Positions 46,046 to 61,953 of a stretch of DNA of 64,000 nucleotides are shown here, in pieces. The position numbers and the translations under genes were made by a program. This DNA comes from Auanema rhodensis. Its lineage: Eukaryota; Animalia; Nematoda. The notes beneath the pieces are model-generated. The model was not told the origin of the DNA. It ran no database searches and saw only the letters and a list, made by a program, of their open reading frames with translations. Positions within the stretch are counted from its first letter, which is position 1; every line of letters begins with the position of its first letter. The stretch is taken from positions 5,456,001-5,520,000 of the forward strand of contig OZ059900.1 of the NCBI GenBank assembly GCA_964057225.1. The letters run 5' to 3'.

Positions 46046-48475
46046 ATGGATAAACAATTTTTTTGCTTGTCCATGATTTTATCTTGTGTAGTTTTTGCGT
46101 TCTCATCAAACATTTTACAAGAAAGTGTTTGTGGACTTAATTCATTTCCTTACCGGATAAGTATTAATAGAAATGGAACTCCAGGTTATTTTTAATTTTA
46201 ACTGAATTAGGAAAATGTATAATATTTTAGATCTACTATGCGCTAAACCAAGTTGCCAACTCGAACAATATGATCAAGTATTTAACTTTTATGAATTAAT
46301 TTTTGTTCTACTTTTCCTTTTTCTAAGAAGTGTGACTCATTTATGGAAACAGTGTGCGATGGTCTTTCACAATACACGTCAGGAATATCAGAAGTCAATA
46401 ATGGAACACATATCACGTATGTTCATCATTATAACATTTGTTCACTTGGTTTTCGTATATACAGCTTAAAAACCCAGTGTTGTGAGTTACAGTGGAAAAA
46501 CCGAGGAACTATTATCAGAGAATTCCCTCTGAGTAGCGGTGAAATGTATATAGTTCATGTGTCACTAACAGTAATCAGCTAGTCTTATACCTGTTCCAGG
46601 TTTGTAGGTGGATCTAAATTACTAAATGGAATAGAGTACTTTGATATAATCAAAGAAATTAGAAAGCATGTAGCAAAAAAAAGGTAATGCTGTTTGTTAA
46701 TGGATTTTATTCAAGTTGCTTCAGAGTTCAATACGTGATCACAATTATGAGGCTTCATTGTAACTGGTTAGATAAAAGTCAGAATAAACTTTTTGAAATA
46801 ATTTATTTCTGAACTCTTCTTTTTTCTAGAATCAGTAGTAATTCCAGATGTGAAGAAAAATATACGGAGGTATAATGAAAACGGATATGTTACTTTTTTT
46901 GGGAGACAATCACTTTGACAATATTGTATAAATTTTCAGAGTACCTCAAAACTTCTTCAAGATTGTTAAGATTTTTGATAAGAAATCTCCTTCGAGTGGA
47001 AGCTATTACAGAGATCAGTCAAGTTCGCTAACTGTTTTCAGGTTCTATCTAAATTTTTTGTCAGTTTTCCAACTCTTATAGTTAGACATAATCGGCAGAA
47101 TTACAAAAATAAAAAAATTACGCTTGAGAATACTTCACCCTTCGTTAAGTCTAGTTTGACTAATTTACAACACGGAAATGTTTGATATGAAATTAAATTG
47201 ATATGAAAATTGCTGAATTACAGAAAGCACGGGATATGAAGCCTTTAACTGAAAAAAAAATTTATAAGTTCAACGTACTTTCTAATTTAAATAAGCAACG
47301 CGATGAAAGTACTTATAAGAGAACAACAGTTAATAATTTTGATGATACGAACAATCCTCTTTTATATGATACCGCAAAAGCATTCAATGGTAAGTATTGA
47401 TAAATTTAATTTGAAGTGATTGTTATATCAAAAAGTATAAAACTTTATATTTAGTACAACCAGGCCAGAATTTCAAACCATCTCCAGTGGTTGAATATTC
47501 TTATGTTTATCCTAATACACAGGAAGCATATAGTTATGCTGCGGAGTATCCAAACTCACCATATGTTCCAACACATTTTAACTCTTATGTTCCTTCTTAC
47601 ACCTATAATAATGGCCTAAATACAATTTTCAATCGTATGCAATGTTTTAGTGGCAGAACTCAAGTAACATAGTCATATTTTTAATTTTGAGCGAAACATG
47701 TTCAGGTTGAAACCAGTGCTGGCTCAAAATTTATCAAAGACCTAAAAATTGGTGATTTGGTGATGACGGTTGAGGAATCCATGGTGATAGAATTCTTTTG
47801 AAACTTTTTACTGTTAATTTCAGGTAACATACTCTCCGGTGGTTATGTTCCTTCATAGATTGGACAACGAATTAGCAACTTTCATAACTCTAACATTGGT
47901 AAGGATGTGATCGCAATTCTTAATTTTTATATCTTTTATAGGCTAACAGTAATCAACTAAGTTTGACAGAACATCATTTGATTTATGTAACTTTATGCAA
48001 TCAAAACGGCATGCTGCGTTTGATCCCAGCCAAGGTATTTCCATTCATATTAAGTAAAAGCTTTCTGGCACTTTCAAGAATGTACGGATTGGTGACTGTG
48101 TTTTTGTTCTAAATGATCAAAAAGAGCTTCTGAGAAGTATGGTAGTGGATATATCTTCTGTAAGAATAACTTATAATATGTTTCCCGCCTGGTATACTTA
48201 ATTATAGCAAGTTTCTCAACTTTCAGATAACTGACCTCGGTATCTACTCTCCACTTACATTGTCTGGGGATATAATCGTGAACAACGTTTTGACGTCTTG
48301 TCATTCAAATTTGACATTAAAAACATTGCAACAAACTTTTTTTTTGATCTATCGATATTTGCAGTATATTTACAAATTTTTTGTTTTTGAAACAACTAGT
48401 CAGGAATACTTACCGTTCGGAGTTAATTATCTTAGTACTATTATTGATATATTTTTGCCTTCAGCATATTTTTAA
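46046..48475 (+). CDS. wrt-6: Warthog-family hedgehog-related protein (signal peptide, Wart domain, Hint/Hog domain), multi-exon
   Basis: MDKQFFCLSMILSCVVFAFS signal-like N-terminus; CGLNSFPY...LLCAKPSC; Hint domain MQ-CFSG..VET..DLKIGD..VTYSPVVMFLHR..LTEHHLIYV..GIYSPLT..GDIIVNNVLTSCHS. The wrt-6 paralogue call is from recalled similarity and is less certain than the family. Confidence 0.85.
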
Positions 48476-50173
48476 TCATTATTTACAACAATCATACTGC
48501 TATATGTTTTAATCGTTTGATGTGTTTCAAATAATCGTGACGTATATGCTAAGAACTAATTTATGAATTTCTATACTATGCGGATATTTCATTTAAATGC
48601 CACAAAAGCTCCAAAAAACTACGCAACATTGTATCAATTCCAATTTTTCACAGTATCTTAATGAATTAATGAATAAATCAAAAAGAATTGTAAAACACGT
48701 TAGAAAATGTGGCTTCAACCGTTTTTTAAACTTGTGAAAAATATACTGGAAACTGTAAACAACCAACTCAAGTGAGGATTATAGTTGATGAAAGAACTTT
48801 GTGTAGAATTAATGAGAAATATGAAAGAACATTGTAAACTGAAACTAGTCATTTCTATTGAAAAGTCATTTGGGGAATAGCTGTTGATTCTTACGCTAAT
48901 TCTATTTGACTCTAGTCTTATAAATTAGCCTGGATCATCAGCTCTTTACTCTTTGTTCACTTTTTCTATGTCATTGTATCTCAATTTCAACACATTTCTA
49001 TATTTCGATTCAATTTTTTAACAAAATAAGACAGTAAACCCATATATTAAAGCATGCTTTTATGGCTTTGTTTTATTGTAAAACAGATACTTTTGCTATT
49101 TTTTTGTATCCAAATTGTATAAAGATCTTTGTATAGCTTGTATGTACAACAATGATGAACATTTATGGGTTTATTCATAAACAACAGTTAAAAGTAAAAT
49201 ATGCATGACCTGAAGGATAGCATGAATATCAAAACAGTAATTTGTTCCTTTTAGCATTGCTGACTTTTTTTCATTTACATCTTGTAAAAAAAAGTTTGTA
49301 TACGTGAAACGATCACTCTACCTTTAGAATTTTTGATATGCGTCCTGATTTGTGGCTGGTGTTTTTTAATTTACTTACCAGCAGCCATTGCATGTTCCAG
49401 CGTTTGCCCGAAATGGATCATATCGTACATGCTGACAGTAAGCTGCTATTTTTTATTAATTTATAACATTTTTTTAAAATATCGATATTTTGTTCTATTG
49501 GAGCATTTTGAATAGAAGATGTATATTAAAATAAAGTCGAAAATGTAATCTTTCTGATACTGACGTAAAATCAGCAGCAAATTCAACTAATTTTTCTTAT
49601 ATTACAGAACGGTTCAAAATTCATGGTTTCCTAGAGTCTGATAGCCAATCAGAACAGGAAACATCACAGCCCGCTGGATTGAGTGGTCATATGCTTAAAC
49701 AGCCATTATTACGCTTTGATATTCTATGGAGAAAATGGACTAGCAAGCGTGTGGAAGATTAACTAGCCTTAATATATCTGATTTTATCATAATGTTTGTT
49801 TTTTATGAGTTTTCGCTTTAGATGTGGGATGAAATGCTATTTTAATTTCATTAACAATGAAAGATGTAATAAAAACTCATTTTATATACATGGAGATCTA
49901 CATCCATAACAATTTTGTTCTTATTTGATAGTATAAAGATATGTGAACAATATGTATTTTGCGAGGGTATTATTATTTGAAAAATAGAACAAAAATAAAG
50001 AAGAGAGAGTAAAAAAATATGATTTTTCTGATATCCTCGAAAAAACAGAAAAATACAAGTACAAGCGTTATAACTGTTTTTAGCTATTTGCTAATAAATA
50101 TGTTAAGTAGTACGTTAAAGATCTGTATATTCACTCCATGGATCATTCTGTTGACAAACTGATATAGGTGTCG

Positions 50174-50392
50174 CTATTGGCAATAAATGAAACATGCTAG
50201 ACCAAACCACTGGAAGAACAAAAAAGCAAATAGACCTGAAACAAAGAAAAGTACCAAATTTTGATATATAAAAATGCAGGATGGTTATGCTCTCTTACAC
50301 AATAAATGCTGTTGCTGTGGTGGCCAGCTTTGCTGCTTTTTCCTGTTTTTCCAGCAAATTATTAATTCTTGGATTTGTTGGTGACATTATAT
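50174..50392 (-). CDS. Two putative terminal exons (50299-50392, 50174-50235) encoding a hydrophobic C-terminal tail; upstream exons not resolved
   Basis: TTTCAG/TTCAG acceptors and a GTAAGA donor; reads ..MSPTNPRINNLLEKQEKQQSWPPQQQHLLCLFAFLFFQWFGLACFIYCQ*. Confidence 0.4.
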
Positions 50393-51752
50393 CTGAAGTA
50401 AATTAAAATTGCAAGAAAATTCATTAGAAAAAGTATATGAAAAACTTGCATTAATTTGTATTGAAAAGATTTTCTTGATATCTTATTACTGAAGTTAACT
50501 GAAAATTTCTTAATTGTCCAAAAAGTTCTATAAAAGAATCATAACAACATATTTATGATCACACCGAGTAATAATAACTATCATTTAAAGATGAAACAAA
50601 AATATTTTTCCAAGAAAACATGATAGTAGAATATCATTATGTAAATGAGCAATACGAGAATTGAAAATAAGAAAGTTTAGATATATATATATCAACAAAT
50701 TATTAGAACATTTTGTTTGACAATATTCGAAGAAGGTGAAAAACAAAACAAAAAATCTATGACAACGTTTTGTCTGATTTTACCGTTAGAAAAGGCGATC
50801 TATCTGTTATTATTTAATTACTTCAAAACAACTTTATAATTAGTCACCTAACAACTTATGAAGTAAGATATTATGAAAAAAAGAAAAATACATTGTTTCA
50901 ATCAAATTAGAACAATAATTATTTAAGTATTTTATACACAAATGATCATCTAAACTTTTGCTCTAAAAGACATTTTAAAATGTCATTTACGCCAACTCGA
51001 CATTCTAATCTTCATACAAATATCTGTATTATATTTTATACTTTGATGTGTAATGCTAACCGCAAGATGAAAAAAGTAGGTCACGGGTTTCTAGGCTAAA
51101 GGTTCGTAAGTGAAACAATCGTTGTCCTTGACTTCAATTTGAAAACGAGTGCAATTAGGTATTTAGGCTATAATACATGTGAACTAATACTTTGAATAGG
51201 GAATAATAAATAATTCACATTCACCTGTTTATCTATCAAGTCAGACCATTCTTAGGGGTGTTAATAGTTTGAAAAATACACAGTATGGCTAAAAAATGTG
51301 TTTTCAGTTTAAATGTCATATATTTCATACATCACAATATTTTATTTATATATAAATATTCTTAATATATGAAAGTTTGAAGTACCGACAAACATTCAAT
51401 GTTTAATGAAGTAACCTTAATGTTCCAAGACTTTTTTGGATTGTAGAGGATATATGAAACATTACTTTAATTGTGAATATAAAAATTGTATATGTGAATA
51501 TAAGAAAAATTTGATAGCAACAGAAATTTATTAAATTCAGTGCTTGAAGTATGGATCAGAAATGTCATACAACTGCAATAAAAAAACTTTAGGAGACCTT
51601 TTGTGAACCTAAAAAACGTTACATTCATTTTCAGTTTGTTGCAAACCACTTGACTTTCTGAAATTGTGTTTATAATAAAATTAAGAATACTCTGAAAATA
51701 AGTCTGCAGGTAACTAACTTACTATTAGAGGTTGTTCAAAACTCAGTACTCT

Positions 51753-54141
51753 CTAAGATTCATCTTCCAGGAGTTGCGTATTGTCTTTTGCTTCCTCGCA
51801 TTTTCCATTATCAGGAACACAGTCAGTTCTATAAATATAAACAATTATGCAGATATGCAGTTGATCTGTACGTTGTTTTTCTCCAACTTGGGATCCATTT
51901 TGGGTGATCAGTTTTATTAATAAGAGGACGAACTGTTGAACGATCAACTTTTCTCAAAGTTATAGGCAACTCCAAAATGTGGATACGTTTGGAAAATCGT
52001 CGAATATCGTGATAAACTCGACGTAATCTTGGTTGTATGACGCTTTGGATCGTATTCTCATCATGTAGATAATTGATTACTTGAGTTATATCATTCGAGA
52101 TTTGGGCCTCAGAAGATTCTTTTTCAACCTGTACTAGTTGTCGTTTCAGCTCATTTTCACAGTTTTGAACTAATAAAGAATTTTCTTTATTACAAATTGT
52201 TTGTTCAACATTCTTCTGCATGAGAGGGCTATCATCTTTTACTTCTGAATAGTTTTCCGTATTCGATGGTATGAGAAGTTGTGTACCTGTTGTTTCGTGA
52301 AGCTGAGCTGCACAACTGAGTATAGAAGTTTTAAGTTTAGTATGCACGCCGTTCTTATGTATATCTATTGATGTAGAAGATATGTTGTCATTTTTTCCAG
52401 TTGAACAGAGTTGTGAGGATGTTAACTTAGTTTTTTTTGATGAGTAACGATTATTTTTTTTACAATTATTCGGTTTATTTTCATATATGAATCCTCCAAT
52501 TATATTTGAGACCTTATTTGAAAATTCTGCATCAGTTGAATTCAAAAAGCTCTCCGGAATTTTTAAGCGATTAATCTTACGTATCTCTTTTGGTTGATCA
52601 CAGGTGTCATTCATATTAAAAGAGTAGTTAAGCTTCCCAACACGCTTAATTTTTTTGAACTTATTGTGTACTATCGTAGAGGACGATTGTTTTTCAATAG
52701 CCAAAATATCAGCTCTAACTAATAGTGTTCTAGGAGGAGCTGGTAAACTTATGCTCGCTGGGTATAGCTTCGGTGTACGCTCTGTTAAACGAAGATTGAG
52801 TCTTACACATTTTTCTGGTATAACTGACTTAGCTACATGAAAAAAACTACAATGTTGTATTGAGATTTCAGCTGCTCTTGTGACATAACGATTTTTCACT
52901 TGATAGTTAGCATCAATCAATTTTTGTTCAATCGTTTGTCCCAAAGGTAATAGCATTTTGCGATGAGTTCGGTTAGGGCGAATGCGAGTAGAGGTTGTTG
53001 AAAAGGTGGCTTTCAATGATATATTAAGGCGACTCCAGCAATATTCAACATTTTCCATTAAATATAAGTCTGGGGGAAAGAATTCTGAATGACATGAGAT
53101 GATAGTTTCCATATTTCCAATTTCAGTCTCAGGATATTCATTTCTCTCGTCAGTTTGAGATGCGATAAAGCTCTGTTCAGCTATATCTTGTTCTGAGCAC
53201 TTATTAACTGAATTATTGCAAATGGAGAACTGGCATGAAAATGATAATTGAAACACATTTTCCATTGAGATAACAGCTTCTGTCATTGAGGTTTGGTTCA
53301 TATGCTTAAGTGTTTCACTCAAATCTATGCGATCTACCTTTTCTTTCATAGTGTTATCCAACTCATGATCCATTGAAAGTCCCGAATCTGAGGAATTACT
53401 TAAAGTTCTGACGTATGGCCATCTGTCAGGTAAACGACAACTGGGAAATGATACGGGATAATTTTGCTCCCAATTTCTTGAGTTTTTTGTTTCGTTTTCA
53501 GCATTGATTCCACGAGATCGCAAAAGTTCATCTACACGATTATGGGCATTGAGAAGACGGTTATAAAAATCTTGTTCTTGAAGGTTCAGTTGTCCATTTC
53601 CCGTAGATTTATAATTTTGTGAATGTGAAGAAACCTCCTGTGTGTAACGCATGAAAGTAGGCTTTTCGGCATTTGTATTAACGCTATTCTTATCATCCGA
53701 AGGAGAGCGATTTGAATTTGTTATGTGTACTACTTTTGTTAATGGTAATACACAGCTTGTTCGTCGTTTGTACTGCATTCCATCCTTGTTTTTACATGTG
53801 TTGCTAGATCCTATTGAGAAAGAACTCTGCTTTGGTATATGGGGAATAAAACGACTACTAAAGCTGGGCCGATTGGAAGAATCCCGACTGCTCTCATGCA
53901 ATGTTTCATATTTCGGAGGCGATATTCCAGACGAAAATTTTCGATTTCGGAAAGAATTGACTTGTGATGATGATGTTAGGGTCTTTTGCGCTTCATCAGC
54001 AGATAATCTGGTGCTCATATTTCCATCGTCAAAGAGTCTAATTGATCTTGAAGAAATTGCTGAGAATGAATTATGTGAGCTTGAAGGTGATGAATAGCTA
54101 CTGTTCGACGTCAAACTCGGATGTTCAAAGCTTGAGTACAT
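51753..54141 (-). CDS. Uncharacterised Ser-rich, probably disordered protein (~780 aa; large exon 51872-54141 plus last exon 51753-51828)
   Basis: A 2.3-kb open frame in AT-rich DNA; a 43-bp GT-AG intron (51829-51871) links it to ..TDCVPDNGKCEEAKDNTQLLEDES*. No domain recognised. Confidence 0.75.
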
Positions 54142-57100
54142 GTAGAAATTGTTACTCAGAACGAATCAATACATTCAACAATTGATTGAAGAATTGGTTG
54201 AATAAAGAAATAATAGCAGTTGAAGTAAAATATTATGAACAAATAAAAAAGCTTAAAGTAAATTACACTGTCTTCGATATTTGGGCTATGTTGAAAATAG
54301 AATATTATTTTGCCCAGAGTAATTTGGACCTCAATAAAGAGGTTGAGCACTGTAAATAAAGCTGTTATTCAAAATATATTTAAGTTTTCGAATTATTAAT
54401 AAATATGTTCATCAAATGAACAATACAAAATGAAAAAGAGAACAATTAACAGATTTGGAGTAAAATATGTTTTTATATCAGTAAACAAAATTTAATCATG
54501 TTCATTGCAATAGAATGCTACAAATCAATAAAATATGTATCATATAATTTTTTCAACAATTCAATAATTAATTTATATTATTGATATGAAGTGCATTAAA
54601 TTGCAATAAAAAATAAAAAATGTAAGAAAAGGAATGAGAAAGAATTTCAAACGATGTGCGGAGAAATAAACGTAAAACAAAGTTCTGAGAATTGAAGAAG
54701 AAGATCGATAAATGTTTACTCACTTAATATTTTATTGAATAAACTTATTGTTTTAAAACTTAAAGGAAATACTTTTAAATGAAAAAACCTTAAAATTCTC
54801 CAAATAGAAATAACAAGTAATGCTGAATGATATCTTAAATTCATATAAATGTAAACGAACAAAAAAGAATATTTTGTTTCACTTCGTTCTTTAGCAATCT
54901 TTAGACCGTTTTATATTTGCAGCACTCAGTTTTACGCGTCTGTCCAGTTGTGCACAAAATCGTTTTAGCTGCGAAAAGATCAAATAATTGTAAAGTTTCG
55001 TACAACTTGATGCAAGATATTTTTAGAAAAAAATATAATATATTTGAGGAAAAAAAGTCTTAAAATCTTTGGTAACAATTGTTGTAGTCGGAATTCAGAG
55101 AAATACAACAATCAATAATTTCAAATTGTGAATTTTAATACAAAAATTAAAAAATTGCAGTTATCTCATGTAGGTATTTCAGAAAGATGAATAGAAAAAT
55201 CAATTAGTCTGCTCGTGGCCTGTGAAGAGCAGACTTGTCTTCTTTTTCAATTTTTCGAAAAATTTCCTGCATTGAAGAACAAAGCAAACATCTTAACTAA
55301 ATCAAGCAGAAAATGTTTCAAACTTAACAGAATGTTAAAGATTTATAAACTATAGGGAATAGGAGAACAACAAAAGTCTAAACTAAGTACTCATTTCATA
55401 GGCTGAAAAATAAATTTAAAATTTTATCATCTAATATGAGATTGAAATTAATGCTCAACTTTCATCAGAGTGTAGAAATGGGCTTTTTTTAATTGTGTTA
55501 TATGTTCACTATTAAGAAAAATACAAAGAAACTTATATTATTTATTAACGTTTTCATTACGTAAACTGAAAACTGAGCTATGTAGAGCTTGAAAAAAAAT
55601 CTGTTATAATTTTTTTCGAATTCAGTTAATGAAGCATAGTATATTGAAAACTTCTATTAACATTTTTGCCACTGTGTTTAATTTCGTTGTTCATTCATAA
55701 GTCAAATCAAAACCAATGATCGAATTCAAGTATATATTGATTTTGATTATGATATAATTAATCGATTGTATTTATATTATAGGAGGTACGTTATATGTGA
55801 GTGTGTTTTGTTTATGTTTTATCAAATTTATCGTTCACATTGCCCAACTTATAAATAAAACGTTTAGATAACAATTACTTTATTAATGTTAATGTATATA
55901 AGAAATAAAATAATAATATATACTACTATATACAGCATATAATTCATTAGCTTACACAAAAAAATCACCAACTATCGAAAACTATCTTCAATTGTAAATG
56001 AGAATAGGAGAGAAATGGAATAAATGTTATATAATGCATCTGGGATTGTGCCTCGTGATGATCGGCCTCGTGATGTTATAAGGAGAAATTTTATGTCAGT
56101 CTGTAATCTCTAGTTATAGCATACTATTTTCTCTACATCTCTAGTAAGCTGTTCTCTCTGTTCTATAATTATCTCTGCCGTCCAACTCACATGACCAACG
56201 GCAAAACGCCGTATCTGACATTGCGTGTGTATGTTTCTACACGAGTATGTCTCTGCTATACTTTTTGTGCTGATATAACAAATTGGTCTCAAATATTTGG
56301 TGACCGTTTGAAAATTAATAGTATTATTCTTGATTTCGTGAATCTTTTGTACATCTTTTTTTTCACAAAAAAATATTTTTTTATTCTTATTCAATCATGT
56401 ACATGCATTCTGAAAGCTTAAAAAATAAAATATAAGCGATGTGTGTTACTTATCGGGGCATATATGCATGTACTACGTATACAATACATAGCGTCAAGTA
56501 TGATATGTTCGCTCTGCTAAAGCAGCAGCTGTTCCCCTTGACCTCATACGACACCTGGTACATCCAGGCTGCGTTCAATGTCTTTCGCTCTCATCTCTTC
56601 CTTGTTTTGGACTCTAGGCGCTTACTATGTCACGGGACACATTCAATATTTTCCTCTATGACCCTCTCGCATTGTCTGTCTCTAAATCACGTCTGCTTCC
56701 TTACAATCGCGATAGGAAAGAACGATCCTGATGCTTGATGTATCTTTGATTTTTGAGTGTCGTTCGGTAGATCTGATTTTATTTTTATTTATCTAGTTTT
56801 TTAATGATGGAGAATATATTCAATGAATTATTTTTAAAATTATACATTTCTATTTTTTTTTTATTTTTCATCATTTTGTGAAATTCGAAAAACTCACAAT
56901 ACTCATTACTACTTCCACAAGTTATAACAAATTCTCATAAATGTTAACTAGGTATATGTTATGAGCATTTTTAGCAGAAAATGCCTTGAAACGATATTCT
57001 GAAAATATTTAAAGATCTACTTTATTGATAGCATCTACTTTATTGATTTTTTGAGTTGGGTACTTCATATGATGCACATGACATATGTGGCGCTATATAC

Positions 57101-57589
57101 AGCTTAGCATTGATATTTTGTTCGGACTAACGACATAGTTTGCTTTCATCCCACTTTGCAGACACACCACAAAAGCAAACATTTTGTGTTGTTTAACCTT
57201 TCAACTGGCTAGTAAATTTTGTCTTTTTTGGGATTACATACTGTGTAGTACGGTAAACAAAATTTATTTGAAAACTTAATTGTACATGTAGAGTTTGGTT
57301 AAAGTAACATAACTTTTTGTTTGTAGTTTAACCTGTCACTACAATTATGAATAAAGTGTTTGCATCTCCAAAACAACTTGTTCAGTCCTACCAACCATTC
57401 ATTCAAAGCAATATATTTTATCATATAAAGGATTTGTAGTAGTCTATCTGCAAACATCTTGTTATCCATTTGTAATAAGGAACTTGAACTTGAACTTTTG
57501 AAAGAAATGCTAAATTGTTTACTTGTTATTATCTTAATAACAATGCATAATAAAGAAGTGAAACATTTTCTGAAGTTATATGTTATAGG

Positions 57590-58495
57590 ATGTCGTTCTT
57601 TGATTTTCAAAAACCGAAAATGATTGATGTGAAAAAACGCCTTGGTATTTTGGAAAAACCAAGTATGGAAGATGGTACACTTCAAGATACAGCACCAGGT
57701 GAGCAAATTGAAGCTTTTAAACAAATTGTAGTTGAACACAGAATTTTTCAAAATTCGAACTATTTAAGGATCCTCAGCAGAATCATGGGTTGAGCTAGCT
57801 CCAAGTCGTAACAGTCTCTGCTCGTCAATTGAAGCTTGCGCTTTAGAAGAAAAAATGGAAAAAGATTCACGCTTAAGGTAATAAAAAAACAAAGCAGTTT
57901 AGATTAAAAAAAAATAAAAACATCCAGGAATCAGTTTTTAATTTATTTTGTTTGTTGTTTATGATGGTTCAGCAAGAAGTTAACAAAATATTATTGTTTT
58001 AGCCCAGTGTCAACGCAATCACCTATGGTAGAATTCGATAGTCTAGAACAAGTCAAATACAAGCTTATCCAAGATATGCTTCCACCTGGCAAACACACAG
58101 ATTGGATTTGGGATTGGAGCTCTCGTCCAGAAATTTTGCCTCCAAAGTATGAACAAATATATATAAATATCAATAATTACTAAAACTTAGATCTCACCGA
58201 CTTCGCCAATACGGTTCCAATTTGACAACACCCCCCAATTCACCGGAACCCGATTTTCCCGGAATAATTGCATATGAAAATAATAAGCCTATTTGTTCAT
58301 TCAGGCTTGTTGTAGGATTTATCGTATCAAACATTGTCACATTTGTTATTGGAGCAACTATCGGGTCAGTACCACTCTTACAAACCAAATATTCAGTTGA
58401 ATAAATGAAACTTTCAAAAAAAAATTTTTTTTTCTTTAAAACTTTTTTTCAGATTTGTTGTATGCAAGAAAATTATAAAACAGAAGCAAATTTAA
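57590..58495 (+). CDS. dct-1: BNIP3/NIX-like mitophagy receptor DCT-1, 5 exons
   Basis: [15 protein letters not shown]; [16 protein letters not shown] (LIR); [27 protein letters not shown]; [10 protein letters not shown]; C-terminal [25 protein letters not shown]. Confidence 0.93.
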
Positions 58496-59829
58496 TTTTC
58501 AAGGATATCTGATCCCGGAGAAGCCGATCATAATTCATAACAATTAGCGATCTACAAATGTGCTTCATTGTAAAAAAAATCAGCTTCCAGCTATCATATG
58601 TATATAAGCTTACTAAAAAACGAAAAAAAAAACTGTTTTCTTGCACTTCTCTTTCCTTCTTATTTAATTTTATTTGTTTTTTCCCAAACGTTTAAGATTT
58701 TTTCAAAATTTTAACTTTGGGCTCTTACTTTGAATTTCCTTACATCTCAGTTGCATTCATGTTTTTCCAACTATCTTTTGCATTCTTTGTTGTCAATCAC
58801 TTCAATCTTCATTCTGAACATACTTTCAGCTTTCCAGTTTATAGTCTCAATATTCATTTATACTTATACACATAATGCACACAAACTGCTGACCTGTGTA
58901 TGCATCTCCACCTATGTACATATATGCATGCATATGCAAACCTTTGCTATGTATAAAAATAATAATACAATTACGTCTTATCTTACTCTTGTTGTTCATT
59001 TTTTATAATTTGATCTGCAGGAAACACAGCATGACTTTGTTAGAGAGCTGTGTAACTTAAAAGTTAAGATGTAAAATCTAGTAAAATATATTCCAATGCG
59101 AAATGATAATTAACTACTTTTATTTATTTGTTTTGAACAATACACTATTTATTTGTATATATAAACAAAAGCATTGAAACAATAAAATTTTAAGTTTTTC
59201 ATACAATTTATTCACTCTCGTTGGCGTGTACTTCTTTATGACAGTTAATATTATAATAACTCAATTTACATGAACGAAAAATTCTTATTTCAATGATATA
59301 CTCATTTTAAATATAATTGTGTGCAGAAACAATAAATGTAATACATTTGTGGTATATTGCGATAAAATACTTCTACAAGTGGAACAATAATACTTTTAAA
59401 TTCAGCAGTATTGCAAGTTAGTTTTAATGAAAAACTGAAACAAAATAATCAAAAATAGTCGGCAATTAAGACATATGGCAAAATTCAGCCCTCAGAAAGA
59501 GTTGTGAATAGAATAAACTTAATAGAAGTTCGTAAAATTGAATCAACAAGATGTCAAAATAATTATAGATTCAAATATATTAAAATTAACGCCGTTTTTT
59601 AACGGCTTTTAGAGATATTAATATTATCGCAAGGTTTAGGCTATAACAAAACTATTGTTATATCATCGTAGTAATATATGACATTAAAAGGGCTTCGAAA
59701 CAATGTGAACATTATATCAAGCTATCTATGAAGACAAAATATACCTTAAACAGATACACAAATTGTGAATAAATATTTTGCATATTTTATGGATAAGATT
59801 TGGAAGCTAGTATAAATTCTGAAAAAGCG

Positions 59830-60743
<914 letters not shown>

Positions 60744-61953
60744 TCTGTAAAAGAATGTTTTTTTAAACAAAATAAATGAATATTGATCATTATATCAAGA
60801 AATGTATCCGACAAGTAGTTTGAAAGCGATAAATGCGTTCCTGTCAACTCATGCACATAATTCCTATTTCTTATGTATAAACATCGATGACTCATTTTAA
60901 GTAGAAAATCAGATTTCAAAAAGTAGTTTAAAACAATGAAACAATCATAAAATAAAAAAGATGAAGTATTTTAAATATTAATTATAGTGAAGACAGTATA
61001 GATTTGTCTTATGCATACTTTTATTCGACGTTCGCCGAATGAAAAATATGAAAACTATTGGGCAAAATGCCAAGTGAGTACTTAAAGACAATTTTGTAGT
61101 AATTTAGAAAGCCAATAGTTAGAAGTAATATTAAAGTTAGCTAACACAAGCGATTTAAAAAATGCCGTACAGTGATTTATTCGCCAGTATGTGTTTAACA
61201 AATCGATAATACTATGAGCTTTGTTGCTAAACAGAGTGCAAACGAATGTAGTGACACTAAGCAATCTACATGCGATTGAATAGGGCGACGCGCTGTCGTT
61301 ATCTAGTACTATTGATTGTTTGCCTTTTGAGGGCCCTTAACATTTTTCAGAATTACATTTATCGCTTTAATATTACTTCATGATTACTATGATATAAACT
61401 TCAAATAAAAAATATTACTAATATATTAAACATACATAAAGAGTAAAATTTGAAAAAAATTAAATTAGTAATATGTTTAACTAAATAAAATTCAAAATTC
61501 TACAAGATATGGTATCGCTTCTGATTATTATAAACTAGGTAAATGTACAAATATGCGTACGTCAAAACTGTGACTCACCCATACATTATGAAGTCATAAC
61601 TTAAAGTTTGTTTGAATAAAAGATAAATAGGATATGAACTTAGAAATAAACTAATAAATACATAATTTTTAAATTGAACCTGCTTCACTAGACACAGAGC
61701 ATTTTACTATTTATACAGCTATTACAGAGGGGTATAAGATTACTATTGTAATTAATATTTTATGAGATTATAGCTACAGAGCGCCAGATGTTTATGTAGA
61801 GATTATACACTAAACACAATCATATGTTCCTTTTCAGCAATAAATATTCTCATTGAAAACTTATTAAATATCTAACTAACTTTATTCTATCAACATATAT
61901 ATGGTACGCAATTTGGTAGTATGATTCTATGTATATATTAATTTGAAACTAAA

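Noticed and set aside
47638-48310. Hint domain as a mobile intein
   Set aside because: It is the standard C-terminal Hog module of nematode warthog proteins, with no endonuclease or intein C-terminal His-Asn.
55206-55235. 9-bp stem hairpin AGTCTGCTC...GAGCAGACT
   Set aside because: Isolated, with no other evidence for an RNA gene or MITE.
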